29,477 bases of DNA from Candidatus Methanomethylophilaceae archaeon (GTDB taxonomy: Archaea; Thermoplasmatota; Thermoplasmata; Methanomassiliicoccales; Methanomethylophilaceae). Each line of letters begins with the position of its first letter. Position 1 is the first letter of the stretch. The translations under genes and the position numbers were made by a program. The stretch lies in assembly GCA_050944155.1 (NCBI GenBank), contig JBMNQN010000011.1, forward strand, positions 1-29,477, given 5' to 3'. Below, piece after piece: positions 8,307-15,441 of this stretch. Below the pieces are notes generated by a model. It did not search any database, had not been told where the DNA came from, and saw only the letters and a program-made list of their open reading frames with translations.

Positions 8307-8615
8307 ATGGTAACGGAATTGAACGAATCGAATTTCGACAGCTTCATATCTGAAAACAAAAAGGCACTCATCGACTGCTGGGCGCCCTGGTGCGGACCCT
8401 GCAGAAGGATGGGACCCATAATCGAAGAGGTGGCCGCCGAAGCGAAGGACGCCGGCGTCGCGAAACTGAACACCGACCAGAACCAGGCAATCGCCGCAAG
8501 ATTCAACATCAGCGCAATCCCCACGGTTCTCGTTTTCAAAGACGGGGTTCTCGTAAAGACTCTGGTGGGACTCAGGCCCAAGGAAGACCTTCTCGCAGTC
8601 CTCAACGGTATCTGA
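8307..8615 (+). CDS. trxA: Thioredoxin
   Basis: WAPWCGPC active site, ISAIPT; GGAG upstream. Confidence 0.97.
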   Translation: MVTELNESNFDSFISENKKALIDCWAPWCGPCRRMGPIIEEVAAEAKDAGVAKLNTDQNQAIAARFNISAIPTVLVFKDGVLVKTLVGLRPKEDLLAVLNGI

Positions 8616-8616
8616 A

Positions 8617-9501
8617 ATGGAAACTGACGTGATCATCATAGGGGCGGGTCCTGCCGGAATCCAGGCCGCAATGCACGTTTCGAGAAGAAAAGTCGGAGCG
8701 GTTCTGATAGGCAAACCCGCGAACTCGGCCTCATACGGCGCGGAAATCGAGAACTATTTCGGTGTTTCCTCGTCAAAAGGTTCCGAAATGCTGAAAACCG
8801 GAATCAAACAGGCGGTTTCTTTCGGCACGGAGTTTCTGGAAGAAAACGTGGTTCATTCCAACCGCAAAGGAAAAACCTTTACGGTCAGGACGGAAACCGG
8901 CAAGGAAATCAACGCCAAGGCGGTGATAGTGGCCACAGGCATCTCCAGAGTCAAACTGGGGATTCCCGGAGAAAAAGAGTTCGTCGGAAAGGGCGTAAGC
9001 TACTGTTCGGTATGCGACTGTAATTTCTATAAAGGAAAATCCGTGGCCGTTATCGGCGACGATACCGAAGCCGCTCTGTCTGCCGACATGATGACGAAAT
9101 ACGCCTCCAAAGTTTACTGGGTCACCGAAGGTTCCTCTGCGGCGAAGGTTTTGATTGAAAAGGCTTCCATGTCCGGAGCCCTCATCAAAAACGCCAAAGC
9201 CAAGGAAATCAAAGGCGACTCTCAGGTCAGGACTTTGGTTCTCGACGACGGTTCGGAACTCGAAGTGGACGGCATTTTCATAGAACTCGGAGCGAAATCC
9301 GCCGCGGACATAGTTTTGGACATGGATCTGATGCCGGAATTGGACGACACAATCAAAGTGGATTCCAAATGCGCCACGAAAATTCCCGGACTTTTCGCCT
9401 GCGGAGACGTTACGGGCAAACCGTGGCAGATGGCCCGCGCCGTGGGGCAGGGATGTATCGCCGGCCTGAGTGCCGCCGATTACGTGAAAGGCGTCAAATG
9501 A
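8617..9501 (+). CDS. trxB: Thioredoxin reductase-like flavoprotein
   Basis: IIGAGPAG, IVATG, GKGVSYCSVCD (CxxC), T.IPGLFACGDVTG; directly after trxA. Confidence 0.9.
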   Translation: METDVIIIGAGPAGIQAAMHVSRRKVGAVLIGKPANSASYGAEIENYFGVSSSKGSEMLKTGIKQAVSFGTEFLEENVVHSNRKGKTFTVRTETGKEINAKAVIVATGISRVKLGIPGEKEFVGKGVSYCSVCDCNFYKGKSVAVIGDDTEAALSADMMTKYASKVYWVTEGSSAAKVLIEKASMSGALIKNAKAKEIKGDSQVRTLVLDDGSELEVDGIFIELGAKSAADIVLDMDLMPELDDTIKVDSKCATKIPGLFACGDVTGKPWQMARAVGQGCIAGLSAADYVKGVK

Positions 9502-10010
9502 CCGTAGACGACCTCATCGCGGGAATGCTCAGAGAAGAAGGAGGGTTCCAGAAGGCCCTCCGTTTCATTCTCGACGAAGAACTGGACATGAATCTGAGCG
9601 AATTCTGCGCCGCATCCGGCCTTTCCCCCTCCACAATGTACAAAATACTGGAAGAAAAAAGGGAACCGAACATACGCACGGTCCGGGAAATCGTCAGAGC
9701 CGTGAGAAATCTGTCCGGTTCCGCCGGGGAACAGTTCATCGCCGTAATAGCTTCCAACGTTTCCATGGACTCCCTCCCGGAGTCCGCCGTGGTCAGCGGC
9801 AGGGTGTTTCCTCTGAAGGAATATCCGGTGAACACGATCGAAGACGCCATCATCGCGGCGGTCCGTGCCGAAAGAGACGGGGCCATCGCCGTAATATGCG
9901 CCCCCATCGTCGCGCCCACCGTGGAAAAGATACTGAAGATACCCGTTTCCAGAATACTGCCGTCCGCCAGCATAGTCAGAGCCATCGACCGTCTGGAAGG
10001 CATAATCTGA
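9498..10010 (+). CDS. XRE-type HTH regulator with C-terminal alpha/beta domain
   Basis: LSEFCAASGLSPSTMYKILEEKREPNIRTVREI HTH. ATG 9498 overlaps the trxB stop (ATGA); start corrected from the track. Confidence 0.85.
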   Translation: MTVDDLIAGMLREEGGFQKALRFILDEELDMNLSEFCAASGLSPSTMYKILEEKREPNIRTVREIVRAVRNLSGSAGEQFIAVIASNVSMDSLPESAVVSGRVFPLKEYPVNTIEDAIIAAVRAERDGAIAVICAPIVAPTVEKILKIPVSRILPSASIVRAIDRLEGII

Positions 10011-10077
10011 ATTTCGGCCCCGATACTTGAAAAGTTAAAATAGCGCCTTTACTTATTAACGTTGTAAAGGTGATTTT

Positions 10078-10533
10078 CTGTTCGAACTCCAAGTGGTAAG
10101 CAACACACCCATGAACGCAGTTTCCGACGTTGACATAGTGGCGGAGACGTTTCTGATTCAGATCGGATACATACCCAAGGGATACGATCCCAAAACATCG
10201 GCGACGGGACTCAGGGACAGTGTTCCGTACCGGCTGTTCATGGACTATTTCATGGGAAATCCCAACAAAGCGTGGACCGTGGAAGAACTGGCGGTTCTTC
10301 TGGAAACCACGAAACCCACAATATACAGGCACATCAACAAACTGAAATCCCTGGACCTTCTGGAAGGCGTGGACGTGGAATTTTCCGGCCAGATGCGCAA
10401 AGGATACCGCATAAGGTACGGAGACCTGGGAAAAGCCTGGAGTTTCACCGAGGCCAACGTGCGCATGGCCATGGACAATTACAAAAGCACGGTCATGCAC
10501 TTTCAGGAACTTATGAACAAACGGAGAGAATGA
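10078..10533 (+). CDS. Winged-helix transcriptional regulator
   Basis: WTVEELAVLLETTKPTIYRHINKLKSLDLL HTH. Start uncertain: CTG 10078 after AGGTGAT, GTG 10093 or ATG 10111. Confidence 0.8.
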   Translation: MFELQVVSNTPMNAVSDVDIVAETFLIQIGYIPKGYDPKTSATGLRDSVPYRLFMDYFMGNPNKAWTVEELAVLLETTKPTIYRHINKLKSLDLLEGVDVEFSGQMRKGYRIRYGDLGKAWSFTEANVRMAMDNYKSTVMHFQELMNKRRE

Positions 10534-10534
10534 A

Positions 10535-10777
10535 ATGTCCGAAGAAAAGACGTACGGACCGAAAGCCGGTTCTGTTTATTCCGTCGAGTACGGGGATTCG
10601 GAAATCTCCGACGGAATTTTTCGCGGCTATACCGCAATCGGAGACGAACCCTCCCTCGTTCTGGAATCCGAAGGACGCATATTTCTGATTCCGGCGGGGC
10701 AGATAATCCGCATGATTCTCGTGGAAGAGGCTCCGGAAGAAAAAGCCGCGCCGAAAAATGATGTTTACTACGGCTGA
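10535..10777 (+). CDS. 80-aa acidic hypothetical protein ending in YYG
   Basis: Packed between neighbours (1 and 5 nt gaps); beta-rich core followed by a flexible tail. Confidence 0.8.
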   Translation: MSEEKTYGPKAGSVYSVEYGDSEISDGIFRGYTAIGDEPSLVLESEGRIFLIPAGQIIRMILVEEAPEEKAAPKNDVYYG

Positions 10778-10782
10778 AAAAA

Positions 10783-12300
10783 ATGTCGGAACTGGCTGAC
10801 AGAATCGTCCGCGCCGTGAAAAGCGGCGAAATAAAAGACCGCAGGGATTTTCAGAATTTCAAACTGAAACTCAGCGGAATCCTCGGATTGGACGGCGTTC
10901 CCCCCAATTCGGAGATTCTTGCGGAAATTCTTCCCGAAGACAGAGAGCTTCTTCTTCCGTTTCTGATAAAAAAACCGATGAGAACGGCGGGAGGAACGGC
11001 CCCGGTGGCAGTCATGTCCTCCCCGTACCCCTGTCCCCACGGAAAATGCATATTCTGTCCCGGGGGAACGGATTTCGGAACTCCTCAGTCGTATACGGGA
11101 AAAGAGCCTGCCGCCCGCCGTGCGGGCAGGAACGATTACGATCCTTTCAATCAAGTAAAAGACAGAATAAATCAGCTCGAGGCAATCGGACACGACGTTT
11201 CTTCCGTCGACCTGATAATAATGGGCGGAACTTTTCCGTGCAGGGAACCCGAGTACAAAGAAATGTTCGTGCGCAGATGTTTCGACGCTCTGAACGGAAA
11301 AGAATCCGAAAACATCCGCGAAGCCCTGGATGCAAACGAAAAATCGGAGCACAGATGTGCCGCCGTTGCCATGGAAACCCGTCCGGACAGGATGAAAAAC
11401 GAAGACGCGGAAGACGCTATGTTCCTGGGAGCCACGAGATTCGAACTGGGCGTTCAGATTCTTGACGACGGAATTCTCCGGGCGGTAAACCGGGGCCATA
11501 CCGTACAGGACATAATAGATGCGACAAAAGCCTGCAAGGATGCGGGTCTTTCCGTATGCTACCACATAATGCCGGGTCTTCCCGGCTCGGATCCGGAAAA
11601 AGATCTGGAATGTTTCAAACGGGTGTTTTCCGACCCCGACTTCCGCCCCGATTCCCTGAAATTCTACACAACGTTGGTAATCGGCGGGACCGGTCTTTAC
11701 GAAATGTGGAAGAACGGCGAATACGAACCCTACGGTACGGAAACGGCGGCGAAGCTCCTGTCGGAAATGAAAACCGTGATACCGGAATACGTCAAAGTGA
11801 ACAGAATCCAGAGAGATATCCCCGTATCCGAGATAGAGGCAGGAATAACCAAAAGCAATCTGCGGCAGATCGTTTCGGAACACATGGCGGCAGAAGGGAA
11901 AAAATGCAGATGCATACGCTGCCGGGAGGTGGGACGCACCGATATCGAACCCATAGACGTGTCCGAAGCGGAGCCGAAAATCACGGAATACGAAGCGTCG
12001 GGAGCGACGGAGTATTTCGTTTCGTACGAAACCGAAGATTTTCTTATAGGATTCGCAAGACTGAGAATCGACGGAAATCTTGCGTCGGTGAGAGAACTGA
12101 AAGTATCGGGTTCGCCCGGAAATCCCGAGGGATGGCAGAAAAGGGGGTATGCCGAAAAACTCATGGAAAGGGCGGAAAAGAAAGCTTCCGAATGCGGCAT
12201 CGGGAAAATGAGGGTTACGTGCGGGCCCGGTACGAGAGAATTTTTCAGAAAACTGGGATATTCACTGGAATTTCCGTATATGACGAAGACGCTCAGTTGA
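10783..12300 (+). CDS. elp3: Elp3 radical SAM/GNAT tRNA U34 acetyltransferase
   Basis: PVAVM..PYPCPHGKCIFCPGG, PQSYTGKEPA, MGGTF, ETRPD, ELGVQ, HIMPGLPG, RIQRDIP, CRCIRCREVG, C-terminal GNAT. Confidence 0.93.
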   Translation: MSELADRIVRAVKSGEIKDRRDFQNFKLKLSGILGLDGVPPNSEILAEILPEDRELLLPFLIKKPMRTAGGTAPVAVMSSPYPCPHGKCIFCPGGTDFGTPQSYTGKEPAARRAGRNDYDPFNQVKDRINQLEAIGHDVSSVDLIIMGGTFPCREPEYKEMFVRRCFDALNGKESENIREALDANEKSEHRCAAVAMETRPDRMKNEDAEDAMFLGATRFELGVQILDDGILRAVNRGHTVQDIIDATKACKDAGLSVCYHIMPGLPGSDPEKDLECFKRVFSDPDFRPDSLKFYTTLVIGGTGLYEMWKNGEYEPYGTETAAKLLSEMKTVIPEYVKVNRIQRDIPVSEIEAGITKSNLRQIVSEHMAAEGKKCRCIRCREVGRTDIEPIDVSEAEPKITEYEASGATEYFVSYETEDFLIGFARLRIDGNLASVRELKVSGSPGNPEGWQKRGYAEKLMERAEKKASECGIGKMRVTCGPGTREFFRKLGYSLEFPYMTKTLS

Positions 12301-12532
12301 TTATTATCTTGTCCCGATCCACGCGTATGCGGTCGGTTTCCACGACCAACCTTCCCTCGGCGTCCACTTTCGCCGGCCCTTTGATAACGGCTCCCGCGGG
12401 TTTCACCAGAAGATACTTTATGCGTCCGCCCGAGGTGTCTATGACTATATCGTCAAGAATTCCCACTTCGGTTCCCGCTATCGTTTCCACTTTCAGACCG
12501 ATAAGCTCTCTCGAAAACATTTTGGGACTCAT
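12293..12532 (-). CDS. PRC-barrel domain protein
   Basis: SRELIGLKVETIAGTEVGILDDIVIDTSGGRIKYLLV; SD GGGTGAT overlaps the cdc48 stop. Confidence 0.88.
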   Translation of the reverse strand: MSPKMFSRELIGLKVETIAGTEVGILDDIVIDTSGGRIKYLLVKPAGAVIKGPAKVDAEGRLVVETDRIRVDRDKIIIN

Positions 12533-12540
12533 CACGGCAA

Positions 12541-14727
12541 TCACCCGTAGAACGGGACTCCGTCCCATCCGTCTTTGCGCTTTCTGATTTCTCCGCCCAT
12601 TTTTTCGAAACTCCTGAAAGTTTCGCTATCCACCGAAGGCTTCACGACTTTCAGCGCGGCATCGAAACATTTCTTGTCCACGCACACGGCATCGGAATCC
12701 GCGCGATAGGCCGCAAGTCCCGCCTCCCTGCAGACGGCAGCAAGATCCGCCCCCACGTATCCGTCGGTTTCCACCGCCACATCCATGAGGTCCACGTTCA
12801 TCAGGGGCATTTTCGCCGAGTGTATTTCCAGAATCTTCAGTCTTGTTTCCAAATCCGGTTTTCCTATGTACACAAGGCGGTCGAATCTCCCCGGTCTGAG
12901 CAGAGCAGGGTCGATCATGTCCGGACGGTTCGTGGCGCCCATTACCATAACGTTTTCCATGGTTTCCACCCCGTCCATGGCCGTAAGCAGCTGGGCGACG
13001 GCTCTTTCCCAGGTTCCGTTCCCGTCCCTCCCCCGTCTGGGAGCCATCGAGTCGAGTTCGTCGAAGAAAATTATGCACGGGGCCATCTGTTTCGCCCGTT
13101 TGAAAATCTGGCGTATGGCTCTTTCGGTCTCTCCCAGCCATTTGCTTGCCAGTTCCGGTCCGCTCACAGAAATGAAATTAGCTCCGGATTCGTTGGCCAC
13201 GGCTTTGGCGATGAGAGTTTTTCCGGTTCCCGGCGGGCCGTAAAGCAGAAGCCCTTTGCCCGGTTCTATCCCCAGTCTTTCGAACGCTTTTTTCTCTTCT
13301 TTCGGTACGAAGATTTCCCGGATTTCTTTCTTGATGGATTCGAGCCCTCCCACGTCGGCCCAGGTGACTTTGGGTATCTCCACGAGAACTTCCCTCATTC
13401 CGCTGGGTTCCACCTCGGAAAGGGCGTCGGTGAAATCTTTCATGGTGACTTTCATTTCGGCCAGTTTTTCCGGCGGTACGGGTTTGTCCAGATCCAGTCC
13501 TGTCATGTGGGAACCGAGACACTTCATGGCACTTTCCCGGCACAGAGCCGCCAGATCCGCTCCCACGAAGCCCTGGGTCATTCCCGCCAGGGCATTTATG
13601 TCGACGTCTTCGGCAATTGGCATGTTTCTCGTGTGAACTTCCAGAATTTCGGCTCTCGCGGCTCTTCCCGGAACCCCGATTTCAATCTCCCGGTCGAATC
13701 TTCCGGGCCGTCTCAGGGCGGAATCCATGGAGTCTTCCCTGTTCGTAGCTCCAATTACTATGACTCCTTCGCGTCCGTCAAGCCCGTCCATGAGGGTCAG
13801 CAGCTGGGCGACCACCCTTTTTTCCACCTCTCCGGAAACCGAATCCCGTCTGGGCGCAATCGAGTCGATTTCGTCAAGAAAAACGATGCTCGGGGCGTTG
13901 TCGGAAGCCTCTCTGAAAAGGTCTCTGAGTCTCTCTTCGCTCTGACCGTAATAACTTCCCATTATCTCCGGGCCCTGGACCGCGTAGAATGAAGCGCCGG
14001 ACTCGTTTGCCACGGCTTTGGCGGTGAGAGTCTTCCCGGTACCCGAGGGTCCGCAGAGAAGGACGCCCTTGGGAGGAAGAATACCCAGACGTTCGAAAAG
14101 TTCCGGATGTTTAAGGGGAAGCTCGACAAGTTCCCGTATTCTTCCGAGCTCTCCTCCCAGTCCTCCGATGTCGTCGTAATTCACTTTCTGTATCTTTCCC
14201 ACGTTTCCCTGGCTTTCTTTGATAACGACTTCCGTCTCCGGACCTACGGTGACCGGGCCCTGGGGAACCGTACTCACCACGGAAAACGTGGAACGGTTTC
14301 CCATAAGGGCGATGTTGGGAAGCAGAATGTCCAAACCTTTGATCAGCGGTCTTCCCATCAGATTTTTGAGAAATACGGATTCTATGCCCTCGCCGAATTT
14401 CGCCTTTTTGCCCTCGGGAAGGTTCGGTGCCAGAATCACTCTTTCCGCGGGGAGGGGATCGCATTTTTTTACGGTTACCACGTCGTCCACGCCGATCCCG
14501 GCGCTCGTCCGCGTCAGACCGTCGATTCTGATTATTCCCTTCCCTTCGTCTTCGGGTTCGCCTCTGAAAACTTTGGCTACGGCGGTGTTTTTCCCGCAGA
14601 TTTCCACGGTGTCTCCGATATCCAGAGACAGGGAGGCCCTCGAGCGGGAGTCCATTCTCGCTCTTCCGAGGCCCGTTTCCGACTGTCTGCGGGCCATTCC
14701 GACTTTCAGCTCGAGAGAATCTGCCAT
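12541..14727 (-). CDS. cdc48: CDC48/VCP/VAT family AAA+ ATPase
   Basis: N-domain; D1 GPSGTGKT/FLDEID/RRPGRFDREI; D2 GPPGTGKT/FFDELD/LRPGRFDR; C-terminal FYG HbYX motif. Start set to ATG 14727 (TAAAATAA about 24 nt upstream). Confidence 0.96.
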   Translation of the reverse strand: MADSLELKVGMARRQSETGLGRARMDSRSRASLSLDIGDTVEICGKNTAVAKVFRGEPEDEGKGIIRIDGLTRTSAGIGVDDVVTVKKCDPLPAERVILAPNLPEGKKAKFGEGIESVFLKNLMGRPLIKGLDILLPNIALMGNRSTFSVVSTVPQGPVTVGPETEVVIKESQGNVGKIQKVNYDDIGGLGGELGRIRELVELPLKHPELFERLGILPPKGVLLCGPSGTGKTLTAKAVANESGASFYAVQGPEIMGSYYGQSEERLRDLFREASDNAPSIVFLDEIDSIAPRRDSVSGEVEKRVVAQLLTLMDGLDGREGVIVIGATNREDSMDSALRRPGRFDREIEIGVPGRAARAEILEVHTRNMPIAEDVDINALAGMTQGFVGADLAALCRESAMKCLGSHMTGLDLDKPVPPEKLAEMKVTMKDFTDALSEVEPSGMREVLVEIPKVTWADVGGLESIKKEIREIFVPKEEKKAFERLGIEPGKGLLLYGPPGTGKTLIAKAVANESGANFISVSGPELASKWLGETERAIRQIFKRAKQMAPCIIFFDELDSMAPRRGRDGNGTWERAVAQLLTAMDGVETMENVMVMGATNRPDMIDPALLRPGRFDRLVYIGKPDLETRLKILEIHSAKMPLMNVDLMDVAVETDGYVGADLAAVCREAGLAAYRADSDAVCVDKKCFDAALKVVKPSVDSETFRSFEKMGGEIRKRKDGWDGVPFYG

Positions 14728-14932
14728 GACGGGGCATGATTGCGGTACCGTTATTTTACCGCTTTGAAGACCGGCCCGTATATGCGATAACATCTAAACA
14801 GTCGTACCGAATACCGTGTCATGAAATCCGTATTTTTCCGTACGGTATTTTTCGAAACGGCGGTCCGTATACGCCGGGACGGAAGCCTTTTCGGCAGTCT
14901 CCGTATGCGCGGGCGGCCCTTTGATGAAAGAG

Positions 14933-14943
14933 ATTATATATAA
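14933..14943 (+). promoter_or_regulatory. BRE/TATA for tRNA-Lys and probably the rpo operon
   Basis: GAAAGAG-ATTATATATAA about 40 nt upstream of the tRNA. Confidence 0.65.
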
Positions 14944-14982
14944 TGAAGGGTTGCACACACATTACAAGCTTAAGCTATCTAT

Positions 14983-15056
14983 GGGCCTGTAGCTCAGCTA
15001 GGTAGAGCATCTGACTTTTAATCAGGTGGTCAAGGGTTCGAATCCCTTCAGGCCCG
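14983..15056 (+). tRNA. tRNA-Lys (UUU), CCA not encoded
   Basis: GGGCCTG/CAGGCCC acceptor, TCTGA-CT-TTT-AA-TCAGG anticodon arm, GGTTCGAATCC T arm, G73. Confidence 0.96.
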
Positions 15057-15168
15057 CTGGTACTTCATGAGCGATCGAACGGCGGATCAAGTATGAGGAA
15101 AGCAAGACCCACACATTCTAAAACGGATTTCCCGCAATCCCGTGGCGGGGCAGAAGGCAGGTGAAACT

Positions 15169-15441
15169 TTGGCATCAGATAATATTTCGTTTAACGTTCT
15201 CGAGCACAGACTTGTGCCCGAACACCATCTTCTCTCTGAGGAAGAGGCGGATGCGATTCTTTCCGAAATCGGAATGACTCGCGATCAGCTCCCCAAAATA
15301 AGAAAGACCGACGCAGGCATCAGGGTGCTCGAATCGGTTCACGGGCCCATCGAAGAGGGGCGTGTAGTAAAGATAGTGAGGAAGAGCGAAACCGCGGAAG
15401 AGTTCGTAGCCTACAGACTCATAACGGGAGGAAAAGCATGA
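15169..15441 (+). CDS. rpoH: RNA polymerase subunit H (Rpo5)
   Basis: [33 protein letters not shown]; TTG start after SD AGGTGA. Confidence 0.95.
   Translation: MASDNISFNVLEHRLVPEHHLLSEEEADAILSEIGMTRDQLPKIRKTDAGIRVLESVHGPIEEGRVVKIVRKSETAEEFVAYRLITGGKA

Noticed and set aside
14776-14906. CRISPR-like array from CCGTA repeats
   Set aside because: Repeats are too short and irregularly spaced, and no cas genes are present.
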